From assembly GCA_963674745.2 (NCBI GenBank), contig CAXXDV010000001.1, positions 288,001 to 352,000 of the forward strand: a stretch of DNA of 64,000 nt, given 5' to 3'. The DNA comes from Desulfosudaceae bacterium (lineage in GTDB: Bacteria; Desulfobacterota; Desulfobacteria; Desulfobacterales; Desulfosudaceae). Shown here piece by piece: positions 50,800 to 59,224 of this stretch. A model generated the notes under the pieces. The model was not told the DNA's origin. It saw nothing but the letters and a program-made list of their open reading frames with translations, and searched no databases. Position 1 is the first letter of the stretch, and each line of letters starts with the position of its first letter. The position numbers and the translations under genes are program-made.

Positions 50800-51983
50800 A
50801 AACGCCGAAAATGATTTATGAAAAAGACACCATGACGGCCCAGCAGCGGCTTGACGCCGTGGTTCGCCTGGAAAAGCCGGATCGCGTTCCGCTTTCTTTA
50901 ATGCTGTATTATTTCGCACCCCTGCAGGTCGGGACCAAAATGAGTCAATATATGACCGATCAGGCGACGTATAAAAGCGTCATGAAACAAATCTGGGAGG
51001 ATATCGGCCCCTGGGACATTTACTACAACATCAACCCCTATTCCCGGATGATGTACAATTATGTCATGATGATGCGCGAACTCTGGCCCGGCATTGAGCT
51101 GGAAGAAGACGCCATGGCCAAGATCGATGAAATTCAATACATGGAACCCGAAGATTATGATGAGGCCGTCAAAACCTCTCCGCTGCTGGCGGACATGAGA
51201 TTCCGTCTGCGCATGCTCCCCCGCTTCTGCCAGGAGGCCCAGGGTAAAAGCATGCCGGTCCTGCTTGCCAAGATGGCCAAAGGCCTCATCGGACAGGCCC
51301 TGTTCTGGAGAAGCGATTTTAAATGGTGGCGTGACCAGGGGGCCGTCATCCAGATCGGTTACCAGGCGGAGATGCCGTTTGATACCTTTTCCCAGGCCCG
51401 TAATGTCATCAATTTTTCAGCCGACCTGTTCAAACGCCCTGAAAAAATCGGCCGGGCAGCCGAGCACTTGTCCCGCAATTTTGCGGACTCGGCTATCCTG
51501 GCCTGCAAACTGATGGGCGTGCCGATTGTCCAGTGTTACTGCCACCGCACCTCCAACAGTTTTATCTCTCCTAAGCAGTTTGAGGAACTGGCCTTTCCCA
51601 GCATGGAGATTATCGTTAACCGGATTGTCGATGCCGGGTTGACACCGATTCTGCATTGTGACGGTGACTGGTTGAAAAATCTCAAAACCCTGCGCCGTCT
51701 GCCCGCCAAAAAAATCATCATCCAGCTGGACGGGCTGACCGATATTTTCGCGGCCAAACAGGAAATCGGCGACCATATGTGTATATTCGGCGATGTACCG
51801 GCCGCCAAGCTGGTCACCGGAACGGTTGATGAGGTAGACGAATACTGTCATCGATTGATTGAAGAAGTCGGAAAAGGGGGCGGATTTATTCTGGCCGGTG
51901 GCTGAGAGATCCCGCCAAACGCGAAAGCGGAAACCGTCCGTGCGATGGTTCAGGCAGTACAAAAATATGGGTATTACAATTAA
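50796..51983 (+). CDS. URO-D/MtaA-family corrinoid methyltransferase, probable selenoprotein (TGA 51903-51905)
   Basis: KPDRVP, ISPKQFEE, ILHCDGD, GGFILAGG-TGA-EIPPNAKAETVRAMVQAVQKYGYYN-TAA; the TAA overlaps the next ATG. Confidence 0.85.
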
Positions 51984-52699
51984 TGAACAACCCCGAAATC
52001 AACCTATCACTACCCGATCATGCAAAGATCCTGTCCGGGACGATATTACGGCTGGGATATCCCGGCCCGGAGGCCGTTACCGGGAACATTTCCGTCCAGA
52101 TCGAGCAGGGAATCGAGACCTGCCTGGAACTGGCCCGGACAAAAGAAACACATCACACAACGGCTTTTACCGGTCTGGACAAAACCGCCATTCGTGGAGA
52201 CGGCCTTTGCCTGGAAACCGTCAACTGGACGCGGCTGGCCGCCCGCATGTCGGGTATCTGTGAGTTGTGCTGTTTCGCTGTCACCCTGGGCAAGGCGGTT
52301 GATGAACGCATCAAACAACAGGGTAAGACCGCCATGCTGCAAGCGCTGATGCTGGACTCAGCCGCTTCGGTTCTGGCCGACCTCTATGCCGACCAGGTTC
52401 AACAGCAGATCAATCACCATTACCGACAGCAGGGGCTGCAATCAAGCGTCCGTTTCAGCCCGGGATATTGTGACTGGCCCATGAAAGAGGGGCAGGCGAC
52501 ACTGGTCCCCTTTCTGGGCCCGGCATCCATCGGCATCAGCGCTTCGGACACGGGATTGATGACACCCCGCAAATCCATCACCGCCGTGGTTATTGCGGCC
52601 GAACAGATGCCGGCGGTAAGCCCCTGTTTTCTGTGTGTCCGGGAGTGTCCTCACCGGCGCGCACCCTACGAAGGCAAAAAAGACAATCCCAGAAAATAA
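51983..52699 (+). CDS. Standalone MetH activation-domain-like protein with C-terminal Cys cluster
   Basis: FAVTLG, LDSAAS, RFSPGYCDW, MTPRKSITA; CFLCVRECPHRR. Confidence 0.88.
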   Translation: MNNPEINLSLPDHAKILSGTILRLGYPGPEAVTGNISVQIEQGIETCLELARTKETHHTTAFTGLDKTAIRGDGLCLETVNWTRLAARMSGICELCCFAVTLGKAVDERIKQQGKTAMLQALMLDSAASVLADLYADQVQQQINHHYRQQGLQSSVRFSPGYCDWPMKEGQATLVPFLGPASIGISASDTGLMTPRKSITAVVIAAEQMPAVSPCFLCVRECPHRRAPYEGKKDNPRK

Positions 52700-52732
52700 T
52701 ATCGGATCTTCTTTTAATCCAGTTTCCGCAAA

Positions 52733-52767
52733 GGGTTCAAGGATTCAAGGGGTCGAGGGTTCAAGCG
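52733..52767. repeat. 8-mer tandem array, copy B
   Basis: gggttcaaggattcaaggggtcgagggttcaagcg. Confidence 0.75.
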
Positions 52768-52838
52768 TTTGTTGGTGGAAGCAGGGGCGACCCCATAAGC
52801 GCTAAGTTGTTTTTAACATGTAAGGGGTGAAGTCAGGT

Positions 52839-53062
52839 TTGAACACCGAACATCGAACGTCCAACATCGAATTTTGAATAATGTATTCTGTCAATTCCAA
52901 AAATGTGGTGGACAGTGCGGAAATAGAGAAATTGCCTAAAATTTTCGTCACAAGTATCAAGACAACTGAAAAGAAGAAGAAATAGTAATCAGGCTTCCAT
53001 TTTGAAATTGGCAGAATACCTCATTGGATGTTCGACGTTGGACGTTCAATGTTCGATGTTCA
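52839..53062. repeat. Inverted pair of 7-mer arrays enclosing a gene remnant
   Basis: ttgaacaccgaacatcgaacgtccaacatcgaa ... ttggatgttcgacgttggacgttcaatgttcgatgttca. Confidence 0.8.
52902..52985 (+). pseudogene. Remnant resembling a four-helix-bundle (IVP-like) protein C-terminus
   Basis: NVVDSAEIEKLPKIFVTSIKTTEKKKK*; no credible start. Confidence 0.5.
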
Positions 53063-53169
53063 TCCTAACGCTTATGGGGCAGCATGGACGTGATTCACAA
53101 TCGGGTACGGCACGCCTTGCTCCTACAGGAATTCGTGATCTGTGCCTTGCAGATGTGACCCGGTTTTGG

Positions 53170-54006
53170 TCAGACCGGATGGGCGGCCATAAAGGCAAGC
53201 AGCTCATCGGCCAGACGATCGGGTGCCTCAATGGCGGTCATATGCCCCACACCTTCCAGCATCACGTGGCGGCAGTCAGGAATGGCCTCAGCCATAATCC
53301 GGGAAGGCTCGATAAACAGGTCGTCTTTTTCTCCCACGACAATCAACACCGGGCAGGTAATCTTTTTTAGCCCGGCCACCATCATATCCGGGTCCTGGTA
53401 AAAAGAACGCACAAAAGCGGCTATGCTGGTTCTATTGCCAATACGGATAATGTCAAAGGCCTTATCCCACATGGCGGCGTTATCTTCTGCTTCGGCAATT
53501 CCCCGGAAAAAGGGGAACGGTTTCTTCTTAACAAATTCGATGGTCTGTTCCCAGGTGCGCTCCTCAAAGCTTTGGGCAAAGCGGTCATAAAAAATAGCCC
53601 TTGCTTCTTTTTTCCCGGGAAACGGGCTTGTGGCCGAAGAGGTATTGGTTAACATCAGACCGGCCAGACGGGAACTGTTTTCCATGGCCCAGCGGGAGGC
53701 CGCAAACCCGCCGGTGGAATGCGTCAGCAGATAAAAACGATCCACTTCCAAATGATCCGCCAGGGCCTCGAAGTCGGCGGCAACGGTGTCGGCGTCATAA
53801 CCGGTCGGCTCCCCATCGACCGAACTGCGGCCATGGCTACGGATGTCCATGGCGATAAACCGGTGTTTTTGGACCAGCCGCTCCGTAATCCCTGAAACAC
53901 GCCAATAGGTCGTGTTCTCTATCAGGCCATGGACCGCGATAACCGGATCACCGGATCCCGTCTCTTCGTAGTAGATGTTCGCGTTGTTTCTGGATAAATA
54001 AGGCAT
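53170..54006 (-). CDS. Alpha/beta hydrolase
   Basis: VHG, THSTGG nucleophile elbow, GEKD, GVGH. Confidence 0.92.
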   Translation of the reverse strand: MPYLSRNNANIYYEETGSGDPVIAVHGLIENTTYWRVSGITERLVQKHRFIAMDIRSHGRSSVDGEPTGYDADTVAADFEALADHLEVDRFYLLTHSTGGFAASRWAMENSSRLAGLMLTNTSSATSPFPGKKEARAIFYDRFAQSFEERTWEQTIEFVKKKPFPFFRGIAEAEDNAAMWDKAFDIIRIGNRTSIAAFVRSFYQDPDMMVAGLKKITCPVLIVVGEKDDLFIEPSRIMAEAIPDCRHVMLEGVGHMTAIEAPDRLADELLAFMAAHPV

Positions 54007-54041
54007 AAAACGTCGCCCCCTAATTTCTCTTCAAACCAGAG

Positions 54042-54310
54042 AGTGCTTAGGTGGTTAAGTGGTTATGTGATTATGTGGTTAGGTGGTTAGGTTTGCGGTG
54101 CTTAAGATTGTACAGGCTGTGTTTTGATGGGCTGATTTGGCCCGGCATCATCAGCAATACGATTTATCGTTATCGAATTTCATGGCCTTTATAGACGGCA
54201 ATAACATAAACGTAGCCACATAATCACTTAATCACCTAATCACTTAATCACCTAATCGCCCGAAGCGCTGAAACCCGGAGCCTGAGGCCTCGAACCCCGA
54301 ACCTCGAGCC
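54042..54310. repeat. Inverted pair of 8-mer arrays plus a 7-mer array
   Basis: GTGGTTAR-like units at 54042-54092 versus TAATCACY units at 54215-54258; CCCGAAC/CTCGAGC-like units at 54260-54310. Confidence 0.75.
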
Positions 54311-55041
54311 TACGCCCCCTTCTTTCGAAGCATTTGTCGTTCGTCAACGTATATCCGTTCTTTGACCAACTTTTCCTCAAGCTTACTCAAATCAGCAAAC
54401 ATGAGACCGAAACGGAAAGTGCCGCTGTTGGGCTCAAGGGCGACGCTCCTGACCTCGGCCTGGTTGACCCGCAGAGCATGTTCGTATTTTTCTCCGGGCA
54501 GCAGCTTTATCCGAAGATCCGTCAACTCCTGACCGGTGGCCAACATCCGGTTTTCATTTTCCTTGTCGGCAAACATGACCAGCGCGCCGCCCTGACTGAT
54601 ATCGATCACTTTCAGTAAAGCCGGCTTCCCCTCAATACTGGCCCGCAACCTGGCCGCGGGATGGGCCTTGATTCTGAAATGTTTTCGGCGATGGAAGCGA
54701 TCAATCGCATCCGGCACCCTGAGCAAAACATCGCAGTCGCCGATCACCCTGCCGCCGGAAGTATTAAAGCGATAATGAATTCCCTGTTCACCGATAAAGG
54801 CAAACCCCATTCGCCACTCATCCATGGTACTGATTCTTTCTTTGATGATCTGTGAACATTCGATCAGAAAAAACCAGTTGCCGTTCTGAGCTGTTAATCG
54901 TTTAATCACTGCCAGCTGGGTTAACCCGGTTTTAAACAGGCGGGCATTGAGAAGGATCCCCTCTTTCTCCAACAGCCTAAAAATATTAAGCTTCTCTTCC
55001 CCGTTGATGCTCTCGCTGGCGACCATAACACCTCTGTTCAT
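54310..55041 (-). CDS. PilZ-domain (YcgR-like) c-di-GMP effector
   Basis: HRRKHFR (RxxxR) and DISQGG (DxSxxG). Confidence 0.88.
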   Translation of the reverse strand: MNRGVMVASESINGEEKLNIFRLLEKEGILLNARLFKTGLTQLAVIKRLTAQNGNWFFLIECSQIIKERISTMDEWRMGFAFIGEQGIHYRFNTSGGRVIGDCDVLLRVPDAIDRFHRRKHFRIKAHPAARLRASIEGKPALLKVIDISQGGALVMFADKENENRMLATGQELTDLRIKLLPGEKYEHALRVNQAEVRSVALEPNSGTFRFGLMFADLSKLEEKLVKERIYVDERQMLRKKGA

Positions 55042-55385
55042 GGAAAACGCTTATTTATTAGCCGGTGGCGAACAACATTCCTTCCGGTAACACAATTTTT
55101 TATTATATCTAATTCACAACCGTTTGTCAGCCTTCTGTTTGATTTGTGTTCAATTTTACGGCAAACAGCCCCTGAATACCGTTTTTTGCCTTTAGCCCGA
55201 ACATGTCATTAAATTTACCCACAAAAAACAATAAAGCGCAAGATCACAATAAGTTGTAAAAAAATCGGACTGTTTTTATGGAGTTTAACCGGCATAATGT
55301 TAAAAGCTTCACCATACGGCCGGAGCACCCGGAAAACGCCTTTATCCCTTGACTTTACCGTCAAAAACACATACCTCAAATTGAC

Positions 55386-56849
55386 ATGGATGCCGAAAAG
55401 ATTAAAAAACTCGACCGCATGTTCGCTCCAAGGGGGCTGGCCGTCTTCGGCGGCGTTTCCAAGCCGGGTGCTTTTGCCAACCTGATCCTGACCAGCCTGA
55501 TCACTTATGGCTACAAAGGAAAACTTTATCCCATATCTCCGGCCGGTGGCACGGTGGCCGGTCTTGACGTTCTGCCTGATCTTGGTGCTGTTGACGGCCC
55601 CGTTGACCTGGCGTCGATATCGGTCCCGGCGGAGGCCGTACCCGATGTTCTTGAGCAATGCCTGAGGCACGGCGTGGCCGGTGCCGAAATCCATACCTCC
55701 GGTTTTGCTGAAACCGGCCAGGCAAGCGGTATTGAACTGCAGCAGAGAATGCAGGAAATCTCACATCAGGGACTTGTCATCGTCGGGCCCAACTGTTTCG
55801 GACTCCATTCACCGGCCGGCGGCGTGACCCTGCTGCCGGGATTTGACTTTTCAAAAACGCCGGGTAACATCGCCATGATTTCCCAAAGCGGCGGCATTGC
55901 CAATGATTTCGGGCATGATGCCATTGCCGCCGGGCTGAACATCAGTAAAATCATCTCTTTTGGTAACGGCTGTGACCTGGAAGCCACCTCACTGATGGAA
56001 TACCTGGCTCAGGACAACGATACCCGCTTTATCGCGGCTTACCTGGAAGGCGTCCGGGATGGACGCCGCTTTCTTGACACTGTCCGTGCCATATCAAAAC
56101 AAAAACCGGTGGTTATATGGAAGGGTGGGCTCACCCCCCTCGGCGCCCGGGCAACTTTCAGCCATACCGGATCACTGGGAGGTGAGGCCCAAATCTGGCA
56201 AGGCGCGCTTAACCAGGCAGGTGCCATCCAGGTAAACGGCCTGGATGAAATGGTGGACACCCTTACCGCCCTGACATTTTTCAACCGTCGGGGTCGTCGC
56301 CTGGCCCTGGCCGGCGGCGGCGGCGCCATCGGGGTTTTCAGCTCAGACCTGGCGCACCAGTGGGGTCTGGAGATACCGGCCTTCAGCGCCGAAACACAGA
56401 AAGTGCTGGCCGGCTATTTCCCCACACCCGGAAACAGCGTCGTCAACCCCCTTGATACGGGAACCCCCATGTTCCCATTAGAGGGATTAAACGGCATGAT
56501 CCGGGAAATCATCGACCGCGAACCCATTGATGTCCTGCTGCTGATCATGCTCATGCATCCTTTGGAAGTGGTTACCACCACCTTTATGAAAATGGCCGGC
56601 GCAACGGTTGACGCATCACCGGCCGAAGAATACCTGTCGAAACTCTTAGCGGCCTTAACCGACATCAGAAAAGAAACCGATAAGGACATTGCCCTTGTAC
56701 TGGAGAACAAAACCTGGCGAGTCGAAGACGTAAGCGTGGAGCTGGTAAGACGACGTCTGAGCAAAGCCTTTCAACAACAGGGGATTGCCGTGTTTCCGTC
56801 GGCTGAAAGAGCCCTGCGCGGTATTCGTAATGCCGCTCTCTACCGGTAG
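55386..56849 (+). CDS. NDP-forming acyl-CoA synthetase alpha-type subunit (CoA-binding)
   Basis: SGFAETG, GPNCFG, SQSGG, SFGNGCD, SHTGSL phospho-His, NPLD. Confidence 0.9.
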   Translation: MDAEKIKKLDRMFAPRGLAVFGGVSKPGAFANLILTSLITYGYKGKLYPISPAGGTVAGLDVLPDLGAVDGPVDLASISVPAEAVPDVLEQCLRHGVAGAEIHTSGFAETGQASGIELQQRMQEISHQGLVIVGPNCFGLHSPAGGVTLLPGFDFSKTPGNIAMISQSGGIANDFGHDAIAAGLNISKIISFGNGCDLEATSLMEYLAQDNDTRFIAAYLEGVRDGRRFLDTVRAISKQKPVVIWKGGLTPLGARATFSHTGSLGGEAQIWQGALNQAGAIQVNGLDEMVDTLTALTFFNRRGRRLALAGGGGAIGVFSSDLAHQWGLEIPAFSAETQKVLAGYFPTPGNSVVNPLDTGTPMFPLEGLNGMIREIIDREPIDVLLLIMLMHPLEVVTTTFMKMAGATVDASPAEEYLSKLLAALTDIRKETDKDIALVLENKTWRVEDVSVELVRRRLSKAFQQQGIAVFPSAERALRGIRNAALYR

Positions 56850-56858
56850 TCACTAAAA

Positions 56859-58667
56859 ATGAAAATTTTCCGCTTTTCCCTTCTGCTTCTCTGCGTCTTC
56901 ATCTTGGCGCTGTCCTTTTCCTTGCCCGGCCATACGGTGGAAACCGATGATAAAAAACCGCAACCCATGGATTATGTCAGCCGGAAACAACTGGGCATAC
57001 TCAAAAAAATTATTACCAAGAACCTGCCCCGGGATATTGGCGTGGGCGAAATGGACACGTTTTTATTCGGTCTTCAGGGCGCCTGGATCAACCGTTTCCT
57101 CATGACGGAAAACGAAGAGTTTGTCGCATCACACCCCGGCATTGACCCGGTTTTCATCAGGGCGCAAAGCATTCTGGTGCGGATCAACCCTTTAATGCTG
57201 TTATTGGGTCAGGTTTATATCAACGAAATGCAGATCAATTCCCCCCGCTTCCAAATCATTCATGACGCGGAAGGCAATTTTAATTTTGATGACCTCAGTG
57301 AAGCCCAGGACAGCAAGCTGCTCAAGTGGCTTCGCGTCAAAAATCTCTCTGCTTATAACGGCCAGTACCGGGTGTTTGATGACGGTGCCCTGGATAATCC
57401 TGTAACCTATTCTGTCAACAAGGTGGACATCCGGGTCAGCGACTTTACCATCGGCAAAGTCTTCAACCTGGATGTCAGGGCCGCGTCACCGGGGTCGGAC
57501 AAACAGAACATGTTCCTGCGCGGCAAAGCCGGCCCCATGGAGTTAAACCAGAAAAACGAACAGATCCCGGTCAACGCCGACCTGACCGTTGTCGACCTGC
57601 CCATCCTGCCTTATCTAGGATATACGTTTCCGAAAAACTCTCCGGCCAAACCCGTATCCGGGTTGATCAATATCAACTTTCACCTGAACGGTGACGCCTG
57701 GTCGGGCATGACCATGGCCGGCGACCTTAGTCTGACCGATGTGGTTTTTCAATCCGTTGACGGCGCCTTAAGCGGCGACCCCCTGAACATGAACATGATT
57801 TTAACGGAACCGATTACGCTGTCTTACCAGGACGATCTTTTGAGAATGGGCGCCCTGGATATGATCATCAACGGCAACCGCTTCAGCCTGGCGGGAGAAC
57901 TGACCAATCTCAAGGGGCTTACCCGGGCGGATCTTCGAATGGTAACAGGCGATCTGGATATTGACGTGGTTAAAGCCGCCTATCCCTTTCTCCTTGATGC
58001 CCTGCCGGACCAGGCCGATTTCAGCGGCTTTTTCGATATGAACGTCCGTTTAACGGGCAACCAGCTGGATTCAACCATTGCCGGATCTATGGATATGGCC
58101 GGGATGACGTTTACGTTTGCCGACTATTTTTATAAGCCGCTGCAGGCGCCCATGAAGATGGATTTTTCGGCCAGGGTCAGCACCAGCGAACTTAAAGAAG
58201 CTTGCGGACGTTTTGAAATGGGCAACTTCAAGCTGGGCCATTATAATTTTATTGAAGACGTCCTGATTCGGCTGCTCAAAAACGCCACCAACCAGACGGC
58301 AAAAGAAAAATTGCTGGCCCGTTACCACCAGTTGCCGCACACAATGGAAAACATCAGCGGCAATGTCACCTATAAAGATGACCAGGCCCGGATAACCGAC
58401 ATTAATATTGTCAACCTGAGGCCGGAGAAAGAGGCGGGCCTTGACGCCGTTCTGGACGGGGTGGTCGACTTTTCCGACAGTACCCTTGACATCAAAGGCG
58501 ATATCATCATCTCCGAAGAGCTGAGCCGGGCCATTGTTGCCATCGCCCCCGAAAACACCGCCTATCTGTGTGGCGATTCCATTGTCATCGGTTTTCAACA
58601 CACCGGCACCATCGATCATTTCAGCCTGGAAATTTTTCCCCGGGCCATACGGTTGCCCTCCGAATAA
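56859..58667 (+). CDS. AsmA/DUF748-like envelope protein
   Basis: Signal peptide; beta-rich; INSPRF...GNFNFDDL pattern. Confidence 0.65.
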   Translation: MKIFRFSLLLLCVFILALSFSLPGHTVETDDKKPQPMDYVSRKQLGILKKIITKNLPRDIGVGEMDTFLFGLQGAWINRFLMTENEEFVASHPGIDPVFIRAQSILVRINPLMLLLGQVYINEMQINSPRFQIIHDAEGNFNFDDLSEAQDSKLLKWLRVKNLSAYNGQYRVFDDGALDNPVTYSVNKVDIRVSDFTIGKVFNLDVRAASPGSDKQNMFLRGKAGPMELNQKNEQIPVNADLTVVDLPILPYLGYTFPKNSPAKPVSGLININFHLNGDAWSGMTMAGDLSLTDVVFQSVDGALSGDPLNMNMILTEPITLSYQDDLLRMGALDMIINGNRFSLAGELTNLKGLTRADLRMVTGDLDIDVVKAAYPFLLDALPDQADFSGFFDMNVRLTGNQLDSTIAGSMDMAGMTFTFADYFYKPLQAPMKMDFSARVSTSELKEACGRFEMGNFKLGHYNFIEDVLIRLLKNATNQTAKEKLLARYHQLPHTMENISGNVTYKDDQARITDINIVNLRPEKEAGLDAVLDGVVDFSDSTLDIKGDIIISEELSRAIVAIAPENTAYLCGDSIVIGFQHTGTIDHFSLEIFPRAIRLPSE

Positions 58668-58736
58668 CATCCTAACCAGTCCCTGATACCCCCGCAATAA
58701 CCGACACTTCGATGGCAAAGTAAAAAGCCATTAAAT

Positions 58737-59063
58737 TTACCGGGTTTTGTTGAATGTATAGGAGGCCACGGTATTGTCATCATTAAAAGAGATATACAGG
58801 TCCTTGGTGTCGGTCGGGCCGAAAGCCCGGTACCTGTAATATCCATAGGTCCAGGTTTTGCGTCCGTTTTCGAGCCCGGTCCGCCAGGGTTCGCCCAGCA
58901 TTCTCAAAAGATCGGCGTTGGTGGTCCGGTCGATAACAATGCTTTCCACCGCGCTGGAAGGAAAATCATGCCCTACCGTGGCGCAGCCGATGGTCACCAG
59001 AAGCATCATCATGCAGATACCGGTCAGGAAAATTTGTTTCTGTTTCATCATGGTTTTCTCCAC
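58737..59063 (-). CDS. BamE/SmpA-like lipoprotein
   Basis: Lipobox TIGC; TT..DLLRMLGEP...WTYGY...ISFNDDNTV. Confidence 0.8.
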   Translation of the reverse strand: MEKTMMKQKQIFLTGICMMMLLVTIGCATVGHDFPSSAVESIVIDRTTNADLLRMLGEPWRTGLENGRKTWTYGYYRYRAFGPTDTKDLYISFNDDNTVASYTFNKTR

Positions 59064-59224
59064 GAAAAATATTGTATAGTATACCCGACAGGGTTATACC
59101 CTGTTATCCGTAGACGGGGCTACCGTCCGGATTTCGATATTACCGCAGTCCAATATGATTTTGCAAAGGAAACCGATATTCGGTTTTACCGTATATGGTT
59201 AGGCTGGTTATGCGTGCTTAAAAG

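Noticed and set aside
51859..52263. 134-aa ORF overlapping the methyltransferase end, as a frameshift explanation
   Set aside because: The conserved C-terminus continues in the original frame after the TGA, so no frameshift is needed.
52839..54310. CRISPR array
   Set aside because: Units are 7-8 nt, contiguous and without unique spacers; there are no cas genes.
59080..59200. Several short palindromes upstream of tamB as an ncRNA
   Set aside because: The stems are short, match no known family, and fit a divergent promoter region equally well.
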